A program made the translations under genes and the position numbers. Source: Saccostrea cucullata (taxonomy: Eukaryota). Taken from it: 64,000 nucleotides of DNA. The DNA is taken from contig NW_026920935.1 of the NCBI RefSeq assembly GCF_032062105.1, positions 992,001-1,056,000 on the forward strand, written 5' to 3'. This document shows positions 1 through 12,554 of this stretch, piece after piece (position 1 is the stretch's first letter; every line of letters starts with the position of its first letter). The notes under the pieces were generated by a model, which saw nothing but the letters and a program-made list of their open reading frames with translations, had not been told where the DNA came from and searched no databases.

Positions 1-1730
1 TAGATGCCTGAAGCCCGTGGGAATAATTTCATCAAGCTAATAACAATATGAGAATGCCAAATTTAAATTGAATGTCTAACAGAGATTCTCGAGTTTTAAT
101 CAAGAACAATGAAAGTGTTCTCAGTTTTAATTACTTACAGCACCTGCACATTTACAAAATAAGATTCCCGCTATCTTAGGATTGCCTCCGTTCCTCGGGA
201 TAAAATTTATTCAGACAAAATTCATTATGTCACATAATCTACATGGCACTTTCAATATTTTACAGAAAATTGATTTTATCTGAAATCTCATTTAGTAGAG
301 AATATGGGAACCAAAAAATATGACTTAAGGACATATTCTGGTGTTTCTACACCTATAGATAACTGCATGCTGCAAATCTATCAATATCGCCATGTCTCTG
401 TCGCAGAAGGTTGATACGAAGATTGGTTACAAGATTATCCTTAAACGACTTAGGAACACCTCCAAGCTTTGTTGCCTAGGATACGGAAACAATTGTCACT
501 TAGGAACGTTTTCTTGCCGTCTCGCGGAGTAATTGTCCTTTCAATTTTATGTGTTATGACGGAATTTAATTATGTTCTATAACAGAAAAGTCACTGATCG
601 ATTTTTAAATAATACAGATTTTGAACGAATGAATAAGATGAATGTAATTATTATCTCGTCATTATGTAAATCAGTTTGCATTTCATGACTGCTAATTTTG
701 GAAACCAGATAAATTCATTATAAGAGAGACTGACGGTGTTTTGGGATCTTTTCACTGATAATTAATCACGTGTTCTTTTTATTCGTCCTTTCTCATCACT
801 CACAGCTGAGATATATAGGATTACGCCCCAAATCTATAAACTTTCTTCTCCAACATCCAATTAACGGGCAATAGTTTTCCGGCTTAACATATATATTTCT
901 CTCGAGTCTTTTTGGTTCCAATGTAAATCCGGAAATTAACTTGTCTATCCCAAAATCTGGACCAGATACAGATCAATATCCGATTAAATCTAAGACGACG
1001 ATCCATCTTGGTTTTGTCTTGGTGGCACAGCCATCCAGCACTAATTAAATTTAGGACTTAAACCTCTGTAGTACGTTATCGATGGCGTCCCGAGAGTCCA
1101 ATCAGATGGGACTAGGATTTGTAACCTAATCTTCTCTCTGATGTCTTCTTTGAGAAATATTGACATTTTCCTACTTTCTTGCATGTTTGAGAGAAATATC
1201 TGACTTCAAAATTTCCAAGAGCTGTCTGAATTTATTTCCCGTTACATTTGTTGAAACTCCTCAATTCTGATACATTTAAAAGACAACAGCACTTTCAACA
1301 ACAGTTCTTTTCATATTTCCTTCGTCATGCTATTGGCAAAGGTCTTAAGTTCGATACCCGGGTTCTTTTGAATCTATCTTTTATGTTTTACAGTGGGCGT
1401 TATGCCGAAAAATGATAATTTTGAATACATTTTATTCTTTTCTTTTCTTTTCTTTCTTTCTTTCTTTTTTTTTTCATAAGCAACCATCTGAGCAAAGTGA
1501 TAAAAAATGTCTCGAACATAAATTTTGCAAGAAGTAAATATTTTACTTACTCCCATTTTTTTCTTCTTAGTTTTTTTTTAAAAATAATATGTTACACACA
1601 TGAGTGAGAGAATATTTATTTGTCTGAATAATGCTTTTATCTTTGCAAATTGTATTTTTCTTAAATCCTAGGCAGACATTTTCCTTCTTAATGGTTTACA
1701 ATGGCTCGCAAACAAACACGTCTGACACCA
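1..1730 (-). mobile_element. Decayed Ty3/Gypsy-like LTR retrotransposon, 5' internal region (PBS, gag, protease), running off the window start
   Basis: Minus strand shows TGGTGTCAGACGTG at 1717-1730 (resembles a tRNA-Leu primer binding site), a degenerate zinc knuckle 'HN...KGHYSRD(C)K' at ~513-561 (needs frameshifts) and a protease-like 'AIL-DSG' at ~167-185. The order PBS>gag>PR is correct. Many stops. Confidence 0.6.
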
Positions 1731-4700
1731 CATCCCTATTTACCGTGAGGCAGACAATTATCAAAATACAGAATCATTATTTTCCGAGACTTTTTATCAG
1801 ATGTTCTTGAAAGACATAAATGATCAAAAAATGGATAGGAAGATACGAAGATGAGAAGATGGTAAGCAGGGAATGTCTTAGAAACTTTTGATGATTGGAG
1901 CCAATTGTAAAGAACGAAGCCCAGACGTAATGAGGTAGAAAAATAAAGTTATAATAATTAAGTCATTCTGATGCCACGCGAACCATCAGGCATATCCTTC
2001 AAAATCACCAGAAATGACTTGAAGCCCAAGGTGTAAAAACGTTTGTCTGCAAATGTTATCTTCTTCTTTCTATAAAGTCTGTTTATATTTCAGATGTTCA
2101 CCTCTTAGTTGTGGTAGATTCTGAACACATTATTTTCTAAAAGCTGCATTTCTTCACAAAAGTGAATTGCTCTCAAATGAATGATAAAACTCTTCGGAAA
2201 ACATGGAAAAATTCAGATGGCAGATAAAGTTTATAAAAGGTCGTATTGTGTGTTGCTCGTGTCCGCGTGTTGGTTTTCCGGTATCCACCCATTGATGTAA
2301 CAGTGTTAATCACGTACGATTCTCTTGAGAAATTTGATGCAATTAGTTAGATTTCAAACATGAAGCAAAAATGGTCTTAACATCGTGAGGGAAAAATATA
2401 TTTTATTTCATTTTCATCTGATTAAAAAAAAATTGACATTCATATAAGAAATTAAAAAGAAGACCTTATTTGGAGTTAGCACGAACATGCTAGATTTTCA
2501 TTTGAAATAATATCCTTTATAAAGGCTTCCATGGTAACAATGGAATGAAATTTCTGTCATATTTATGTCTTGTCATTTGATATAACTATTATGTGATACA
2601 ATTTTAAAACGTTTCACCTTAAATTGATTGAAGGTAGGGAAGTGTTAGCAGCGATAAAAATCAATATGCTGGAGAGCGCGGTCTCTCATCATAGCGAGAT
2701 ACAGAGTCGGAGAGGGTAAACACAGTCTTGCTCAGTTTCACCGAAGGCTATTGTTTTACTGGATTGGTTTTGAAATCACATAAAGATATTATTGAAGCTT
2801 GGGTGGAAGTTTAAGGGAAAAGACACTGGTTCTTTGTACCTCTATGAATAAACGCTGTGGAGAATGTGAATTGAAGTGGAACGAAATTTTTGGGGGTAAA
2901 TGCGGGTTTTCTTCACAATTGGTGAAACATAATTCCTTCTCTTTTACTTGCTTGTTAAAGGACACACTGTTTTACTAGCAGATTATGATATTTTGATTAA
3001 ATCAGCTATTTGGAATTTTATGGAAGACTAATTTACTTGATGCAAGTCAGATTGTGACAGAAACGAGCGTTTGTTTGCTTGCTGTGATTAGTGCCTGTAT
3101 TTATATTTTTCTCTCGCGCACGTGCTAAAAACGCGAACTGCGGGGAATGTGTTTAGGACTGACATACTCTCACAACCCGTTAATAACGCCAGATAGGAGA
3201 TGTTAATGTAATTACAAGGATACCAAGTTAACAGTGCCGGATTGTTTTCTCCCGGAGTGTTTAATATTTAATAGTGTTACATTTGCATACTTTTTTCACC
3301 ACTTTGCCATTGTTTCGATGCTTGCCAGGAACGAAGGCGAATAATCAGTGCTTACGAAACCGTAAAATGGTTTCAAAATGATTTATGAACAATAGTTGAA
3401 GTTTCAAATATTACGACATCTCTGGTCCAATTTACGGTCCATTTGTACGATGACCGCCACCTGTCGGTGTAATTAACGTTGGGAGCTGAGACGGAAATTG
3501 ACTCAGTCTTCATCTTTCTAAGGACTTTAATCCCTTTTTCGTTGACGGAGGATTTCATTTTATCACCTCCTACACCTGACCTACGATTGATATGAGTCTC
3601 ACGGGGAAGATCGAGGTACATATTTAACTTCTCCATAGGTATCACTTTATAATCTTATCAAGGTATAGCAGGAAACGGAAAGTGAATAACGCAGTAGATT
3701 ATGAATCGTAAAAAGGCGAAAAAATTATAAACACATACATGTATATAATATAAATAGTTAGGGTAATTTGTTACTACAAGTATCCAGTTGTTTGTCCTCT
3801 GGTCGATTCTTAACTATTAATATTTTCAATTTGTATTTTGCTCAGTGCACAATTCAAACAGCTTGAACTCCTCATGTTGTCAATACATTAATTTTCACTG
3901 TTTGCCTACCTACTCACTTGTTCTGTTGGTCTTTACCAATTTAATTAGTTTTACAAAGTAAAGAAAAATATCCGTTTCATTGATTTCGGATCGAGACGAA
4001 TTGTTTAATTTTATTACTGTAATAAACTTTATGAAGTTTGAGCTTTACACTCGAAACAATAGTTAGTTTACTTTTTTTAATGTCCGTAATCAAGATATCG
4101 TTTTACTTCAATGTAAATAAGGAATAATGTCGATTTCATTGTAGATTCCTGGTCCTTTTCCTTATTTCTTCTTTTGCCTCTGGCCGTGCAGAACCGTAAA
4201 TAGTTGTTCATTCTGCTCTTTAATAATAATATCTGAGGCTCCAGGCTGCAGTGTCTACCTCATTACTTGTAATTTAGATAACGTTACGCCAAAGTAAAAG
4301 TCGATTGAAAAAAATGATTTGGTAGCTACATCTTGTCTTTTTTGGTTAGAAAGATGGGCCTGATGGAATTATGATCGATTTGGCGTTACTGCCTGTCCGC
4401 GAGGAATTATTACAGGAAAGGTTCATCTTCCAACGATTCCGCTATCGAAATAAAATCCACTATTCCTGAAAGAAACCGTGATAATCAACACCCAAATATA
4501 TTGTCTCTCAAAAATAAACTGGAAAAGGGAAATTGACTTGTTGAGAAAAAAAACGCTTAAAAAACTTTTTTAACAATAATATAAATGAAATAAAATTCTT
4601 CTTTTGGTTGCAGATTCTGACAAAAAAAACAATGATGCCAAAAAAAGCTGGCTTACTGTAGGCTGTGTCTAAAGAATGTACACATGAAGGAAACATTTTT

Positions 4701-6455
4701 CGTTTGAAGAAATTTCAAAATGATGATATATTGTCATATATAATTTTAGACTTTTTCCTAGGTATAAGACAATGTTTAAAGAACCTTTCGCAGAAAAAAA
4801 TTCTTTTTTCTGTATTATCATTATACGCTTTCAGATTTCCATATTACTAAAGACCAAAGCCGACATCGGCTGAAAACAAGGAGCAGTATGTTCTTGTATG
4901 TTTTAATAAGGTTCAACATGTTACATAAATATTCAATTATTTATGTATATATGCCCAAATCTTTGACAACAGATGCATTTACTCAAGTATGTGTCGCCTA
5001 TCCTCATAAACTGCAGAAAATACGACTATTACTGATGAAATAAAGCGTATAGTTGCTGAGAAAAACGAAGCTGTAAATTCTGTCTTATACATTCTTATGC
5101 TCTTTGGTATCTATCACCCATTGTTTTCTTCATAAAATGGACGAACTTGAAAGCTTTCCTTCCACATATGATAAATATGTGACATAAATGAAAATATTTC
5201 AACAGAATACGCAACATAAAGTAAATCGAGTGCGGGTACAATTGGTACCATGATTCAGAAAGCAGAAGTAAGCCATGACTTTAGATGGTTAAAGTAGTGG
5301 CAATTCATGGACCTTTACTAAGAAGGGCCGGACCAATACATTTCTGACATTTAGCCTTAGGTGTTTAGTGTATTGGTTTCTATAGATACTACGTTTATTT
5401 ATCTATAGATGACTGTGTTAACTATACAGGGTTGTCGATGCCTGTGAAATCAACCAACTAAGAAATGAGGTTTCAATAAGGCTCTCGTAAAAATGAGATA
5501 AATGCCAACACGTGTATTGGTTTCATACTTCATATTTATATCATACCTCTTCTCCAGTTTGAAAAATCAGATGATTTACTTCCTTTTTGCATAATGTTAT
5601 GTTTTGCACACATGAGTTTTTTTTAAAGTTGACTTACAATTAAATATCAAGGAATCCACTCCTTTTGGGTAATTTTGGAGGATTAATTTTATGAGGGTTG
5701 AAGTTTATGTATTCTTACTTTTCACGAGAACGAATATCAATAGAATGATGAAAATAATTAAATTTGTTTTATTTTCAAAATTATGTATGTTTAATGAATA
5801 GTAAGTGATGGCCATGGTGTATAAAACCACTTGCCAAATAAGGATATGACGGTTTTCAAATCAGATTTGAATCATAAAACTCGAGACAGACATTAGTCAG
5901 ACATGGGGTACCTGAGTTTATCTGAATAAAAAACATTTTAAATATCCAGGGTTACACCTGTGTATACAGCTTTTGTATCGAGACTATTCATGTCGGTAAA
6001 ATATTTGTGTTGAATGTGAAATTCGACAAAATCCATTTTATTTTTTTTTAAACGTTGTTACCATGCGAGGCGGCTGTCTTTGTGTAGATATAGGGTTTAA
6101 AGCCCGTGTAACCGGGTACAATGAACTGTTTCTATAACGACAAAAATTCGATTATTGAAATTCAACCAAGCTAAAAAACCTTCAAATTAGGGGGCCTAAG
6201 GAGGGGACTCCGGACTGTACGCTGTGTTTTATATCTCAGGGAAATTAGGGATAAGAGTTATATAATTAAAATAAAACAAATAAGATTCCTGAAGCCAATA
6301 AAATATGAAAAGAATCATTTAAGAAATGACTGATAAAATCCAACTAATACTGTAAAGTTTTCAGTGAGCAGTGTTGACTAATGTATGAAATTTGAAGGAA
6401 AAAGTTTTTCCTTAATTAATTGACCTTTCTTTCCTTTTTCTCGTGTGATATTACA

Positions 6456-9400
6456 CCTCCCACATTCTTCGATGTTCCTTGATCCACCACTTCCGTACAT
6501 CACTTCTTGATTAACTTCTGAATGTACTTAGTACCGGTATGTCACATTGTGATGTTTAGAGTTAATTTTATTTTCTCCCTTTTGTCTCTCTATTTCCTTT
6601 TCTCTTTCATCGATTTTTTAAACACAAGAAGTATCAGTTAGTATTTGCTTTGTTTCTTTCCTCTGGCGGATATTTACATAAATTTCAGATGTTTGAATTC
6701 CAATGGAAGTCGTGTCTTTAAGCTTTTGAATTATTCAAGAGACTAATAAAAAAATAAAAATAAAGAATGCATGGATTGATATGAGAAAACGAAACAAAGG
6801 ATTAAAACTCGCACCAGCTGTCGGTTCCAAGCAGAGAACAATGCCATCCAGAGAACGTATCTAAGAAAGCTTTTTAAAATCTTCATTTTCTTGATACACA
6901 AATGTATCTCTTAAGTTTTACAAGATGAAAGCATTGGTGTATAACATTGCCCTCCCGAGCGTCGAGGAACCCCCGCTCTTGCGTCGCGTGACACCAATAA
7001 CAAACTCATCAAGGGTAGCGAATACTCGCCTTTTCCTTGTGTCTATAATTCAAAGAAGAGATCAAAATTCATCTCGTTCAAAATCGTCTCATTGTTGATG
7101 ATCGTTATATATATATCTTCTAAATCAGGACGTGTATTGTGTACCCGCTGGATGTAAAGAGGCCCCTCGAGTGTGAGACTGTCTTACGTTATATGTGAAC
7201 ATTTTTCCTTTCTAAATCATTACGGGATTATAACTTGATGGCAATATGATTAGTCTTTGTCGTGGACAGGAAAATATTGAAAAATATGACTATTGTAAAA
7301 AATATAGAAAGGTAAGAAAACAGGGAAAGTTTTAATATATTATAAAGAATTCAGAAAGGTAGAGCCTATGCAGTTTTTTATGTTTTTATGTAACATTAAA
7401 AATACTTTTCTTCAGGATGAAAAGTGTTAATTAATAATTTTATATATCACAAACAATCACTTGTGAAATAGTTTATCCAATGGTACATATTTGAAATAGT
7501 TTAAACTCGGAAACTTAACTTCGTCGTTCTGTGTTCAAAATGAATCATAGTTTGGTAGTATACGTATATAACTCATGTTTGTTTTTATAATTTCCCAGAT
7601 ACTTATTTGCTAAATGATATGTCATATATACATATATCTATATATTGAAATATATTGGTTCTAATGCTTTATTCCGTATTGATTTAATTGATTTTAAATA
7701 TTTTGGGTCTTTAGTGACAGACAACATATAGGCTGGGAAGAGTTATTCCGCTTTATACAGATGTGACTAAACTCGCCCAGATTCTGTTTTCTGTTCGAAA
7801 AAAAAAACTAAACAAATCTGTTTTTGCAGTTTAATATATAATTTTTTCCTAAACGTAAAAATAATTTTAAAAAATAATAATACTTGACGTTTTCAAGAAA
7901 TGAATATTTCGAGTAATGAACATTTCATTTTATTTTTAATGTTACTTTCGGAAACGATGGAATAAATATAATCCGCAGTGTATATATCTACAGATGTGTA
8001 TCTGACCAACAGGGGTCTGACTTTGTTCTTAAATGTTTATTGTTTTGTGATGGCATCTACATGTATTTAGCAAATAGATATACTACGGGAGGCCACTCTA
8101 ATCTCCTTCGTACAGATACTGGAGTTATCTTCTGTGCTCTCTGCAGTAATCGATGGAACTCCTTTGATATTTTCCCACTGATAAGTTACTTTGCCATTAT
8201 CATTTATCAACAACGTCAGAAATAAATGTCAGGAACATTAAACAGAATACCAGCTTAGCAAGTCTATACTCCCAAAATCTACTTAGCATTCTGATAATTC
8301 GAAATACATTTGGGTGACGACTCAACATCCCAAATGGACACGTTTGAGTTATCCGCAATGACAAAAATTTTAACGGAGTACAGTTCATTGTAAGGGCATT
8401 GGTTTTATTTGGATGAGCTCATTTTTGCACGACGTGAATACAAGTCCTCCAAATTTAGCTGTGCCTTGTCGCAACGATATTAAATATTTTACATTTGCTG
8501 TCCATGTAACTAAATGTTTCCTAGATGAGACATTGAAAATAAATGTCAATAGTCACTGTACCTGTTTGGCATCCAGTTAATTATGTAACTGCATGGTTTA
8601 CATGCATTATTTCAAAAAGGGAATTGAACATAAAATTTATCAGTTCCCGGGAAGATATGTAAAACACTTGTTATAGAAATGAAAAGAAGACTAAAGGTTG
8701 AAAAACTTACTTATATAAACCAGTACTTTGTTCCGTAATTCTGGGTCTATTGAACCGGGCTTAAAACACAGGTGAACTGACAACCTGTCTCCTTTGACGA
8801 ATTTTATGGACAACACGTTTCTTCTATTATTTTCCGACACTTGTAAAAATCGTTAATTCAATAGCTATAAGTACGTCTTTTATTATATTAATTCGAGCTT
8901 CTACACACATATTGTTGTAACAGATGTAGTGAATATTTTACTTGGATTAGAAATCGTGTTTATTACCGTTTTACTCATGTTTTCAAACTTCTGCGGTAAT
9001 TACGTACTAGTGCTCCTTATCTTTTAAATAACGTTGCCATGGAAATTTCTCTCTGAAATGATGAGAAAACGTCTAGTTTTGTTATTTTGATTTTTACAAA
9101 GAAGTCTGCGTTTAAGTATACCTCTGTAAATGAAGACTTCTGCCAGATATATTGCTTTCGTTTGATTTACACATGCGTCAAGCCTTTTTAGTCTGGAATA
9201 TTTTGTGCGTGAAAAAGTTTTCCACCTCTGTAAAACGAAAATCTGTGACAAACAAGCAATTGCCATTAAATGTGCTTTATTGGCTCTATATTAGAAGAAA
9301 ACAAATAGACCTAGTAATATTTAAAAGTAACATCAAAAGGATATGGACATTTTACGTACCTGTATCATTGGATAGCAGTTGTTAAATGCTGGGACTTGTT

Positions 9401-11200
9401 TACTTTTTGTTGTCATGTTTACTAATGACTAAAAATATATGACTGGTCTTTTATCGGCAAAATTTAACTTTTCGCCCGCCGCACCAACCTTTATAGTTCT
9501 CTAATCAGATCAAGAATTCACCTGAAAATTACGAGGGAGTATCAAGGAAGGGTATACAAACGGAGAGCTGTAGTTAAAACTTCTTAACAGAAGGAGGAGT
9601 TAAGCGCATTCTCTGTGTGTCAACGGAAGATTATATTCATTTAACCTCAACCAACGTGACAAACTCTCTACATTTAACTGTCAACAAAACTTCCAAATTC
9701 TTGCAGCATTGGAAAAGTGGCATCCTCTTTCTCCTCGGCCACTTTAGTGTATCGATAACGCACCTCCCTCCCCTGTTCTCCTGTTGCAGCGTTGTCGGAG
9801 TGTTTGTGTTCTACTAACCTCATATTGTATCGTATTGCCGAGGTGTTAGGATGGAGTTTTGAATATTCACAATGCTTGGATCTCGTTGTTCTAATATAAT
9901 ATGCGACACGGGCGATGTCTCGGATTCGGTAGGTATCACTTTGATATAAAAGAAAATGTTCTCATTATAATAGTTATTCCCAGCAGAATCTCTCAATCCG
10001 ATCACGTGTTCAGCAGAATTTGATTATAACGCGAGCTGATACAATCAGGTGGTTTCCTCAACTTGGCCATTTTTTTCATATCGACCAATTCTTTTATTGA
10101 GTTTTCTGTTTTTGGTCTTCAAGAGTTTTGAAGGATATTTTTCCTTTCCTCTCAAGAGAGGAACAATAACACACTTGAAGTCAATATTGGTGATATTTCA
10201 AAGACAATTATCCCGCAGTCTGTGCTATCGGCATCGTATGTGGTAACTAGTGCTTGCTGCCTGAGACGATATTAGTCAATATTCTCTCTAAAACAGTGTT
10301 CTGTTTCTGTGAAAATTGCAAATTAATTTGGTAAAAGTTTCCGATGTTGTAGAAAGTGGTTATATGGGAATTCTATATTGCTCTCTGTGATCTTGGTAGA
10401 ACCAGCAAAATTGAAAACCAATGCTTTGGGGAGGATTGTATTGATATGAAAAGTTCGCACGATATCTTGATCAGAAAATAAAACAAACACTCTTCTATTG
10501 GTTGCATTTCATTCTTTTGAGTCCTACTGTACCGAGTTTTTACCTTCTCCTTTATAGCATTTCTGTGAGACTGGACGCAGATGTTTCAGGAAAATTTTAC
10601 ATCAACTTTTTTATGTGTATCGGAAATCTTTATTTTAACCAATTTGGTGCTGGTCTTTGGACAAGGAACGTCAAAGCTGCCCAATAATTGCTTAGTTTAG
10701 GAGGGTTCAAATTTCAAAGTCTTGGAGAAATATTTCTCTTTCAGTCTTATCCATAATTATTACCAAGGTGACGAAAAGGCGTTAATTAAATCGATTTTTT
10801 CTGCAAAAATTCTTGGAAGAAGGGAAATTCTAAAATGAAGATGGATGGAGAGATGGATTTAAGCCGTTTATATATTTTTGAAATCTCCATCTGGGACGGG
10901 TTTTGAGCACTAATTAAGACTGGCTAGTACTCATCGATCGAAGAGGCCTGGCTTTCTGAGACATTGTATCGAACGCTTTCGGGGAAAAACAGCACCAAGA
11001 TTTGTGTGAGTTAAGACTGATTTCTTTGGACCCCGGCACGCAGCGCAGATCAATGGCGGAAGAACTGCTCGAGATAATTTGCCGTTTGAAAAGTATACAA
11101 TTATTCACGGTGATTGTTCCGATTTAAAGAGAACTTGTGAAGGACTCGTTCTTTATTCTTTTTAACGATGTTATTTCTAGCTATTGAAAAAAATGCTACC
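6456..11200 (-). mobile_element. Second decayed Ty3/Gypsy-like LTR retrotransposon internal region
   Basis: Minus strand reads RYRYTKVAEEKEDA at ~9719-9760 (decayed CYRCxKVGHxKEDC knuckle), then 'PFLDTPS' (protease LDTG-like) at ~9532-9552 and a possible GPY/F-like 'LEGPLYIQRV' near 7140-7170. A purine-rich tract followed by TGTAAT at ~6450-6470 fits a PPT/LTR junction. Boundaries approximate. Confidence 0.5.
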
Positions 11201-11494
11201 ATCTGACATGCGCATACGTTTGTTAAACAATTATCCAAATATTGTGTATTGAGTTTGTAGATGATAGTTTATAGTTTGTTATGGGATATGAGGAATTTAT
11301 GTTGATATTTGCGTAACATTTGGAAGCCGTATGTGCAGTTAACAGTCACATTAGGACAGAGTTTAAATTGAGGAAAATATCAGCTGATTTGGATGTAATT
11401 TTCTTTGTGTGTTTTTGGATTATTAAGAATGTCCATCAGTAATTGTGGACAGGTCATCTGCCACACCCCATATACTGTTGTAAGTATACTCCAA

Positions 11495-11678
11495 AGGACT
11501 TTCCCCCCGTGTCAAAGTGAAGGGGTTTTCCCCTTTCCGCATATTCATGGTTTTCTGAATTGGGGTTGTCTTCTGTAATTGATTCGATTTACCTCGATTA
11601 ATTTCCTGTTAAATTCATGTTGAAGAATATAAATGAGATTATTACAATTCTAAGGTGGAATTCAAATGCCATATAAAA
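11495..11678 (+). promoter_or_regulatory. Candidate promoter of the TNFR gene: two kappaB-like sites and a TATA box
   Basis: AGGACTTTCC at 11495-11504 (1 mismatch to GGGACTTTCC), GGGGTTTTCC at 11522-11531 (fits GGGRNNYYCC) and TATAAAA at 11672-11678, all ~0.9-1.1 kb upstream of the first identifiable coding exon. Confidence 0.4.
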
Positions 11679-11831
11679 GTCGTGGATTTTTCCGAATTAC
11701 CTCCTCAACATTAATTGACTTTGTTCCGCTCAAGTGTTTTTGTAGCTGTAGAAGTGTACTTGGATAACAAGAAAAATGATACAAGGGTTTTCAAATGTCA
11801 GAATTGATTACATCCACAAAACGAGCATTTG

Positions 11832-11960
11832 NNNNNNNNNNNNNNNNNNNNNNNNNNNNNNNNNNNNNNNNNNNNNNNNNNNNNNNNNNNNNNNNNNNNN
11901 NNNNNNNNNNNNNNNNNNNNNNNNNNNNNNNNNNNNNNNNNNNNNNNNNNNNNNNNNNNN
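11832..11960. other. Assembly gap (129 N)
   Basis: Run of N. Confidence 1.
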
Positions 11961-12554
11961 TGTGTGAATTCTTTATACCTTGGTTTAGAAGTAAGGTGTA
12001 CTTCAAGATCTTATTTGGTTTACATACATTTTAATATTCTTAAATTTGAATGCAAGATGTTTGAGTCGGATTTCAGCAGTAAATTACCCACTTCATAAGT
12101 AGACAATTTCGGTGCCTACCTGTATTATGTTTTTGACGAAGATTGAATTACTTGTAGAAATGTAAATATGGCCTTTTGTGTCCGTACAGTTCTTGACACA
12201 GGGCCTCATTACAGTTCTCTTACCGAATTGTCGTACATGGAATTGTTAAGTTAAAATACGAGATCGGCTACTATTTGTAAGTTCTGTAGCTTTATTTGAA
12301 AATTAAATACCCCGACACTAATTGTGAGTCAATATTAGCTCGGGTAGGAGAAATCACACACCCGGGTTCCAATTAAGCATAGAAATTCCTCCATTAAACC
12401 AATATTCATATTAAATGTTTTCCTTGTCAACAGAATTAAGACATGTCGTCGTTGAAATAATTTCGATTTCTTCACTGTTCTACATCCAATATTGATATAA
12501 AAAGTAGAAAAAGGAAATATTGGAACAGATTAAATGTCTCTATTAGTTCCACAG

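Noticed and set aside
3373-3645. ORF with faint likeness to a Polinton integrase C-terminus (GDK...NWTRD)
   Set aside because: Only a few scattered residues match and there are no other Polinton genes; left unassigned.
8050-8115. Minus-strand 'GD*SGLP*YIYLLNT' resembling RdRp motif B (endogenous RNA virus)
   Set aside because: Spacing is off, it contains stops, no motif A or C was found nearby, and it lies inside the Gypsy-like remnant.
11194-11201. TGGTAGCA as a tRNA-iMet primer binding site for the second Gypsy remnant
   Set aside because: Only 8 nt match, which is chance level.
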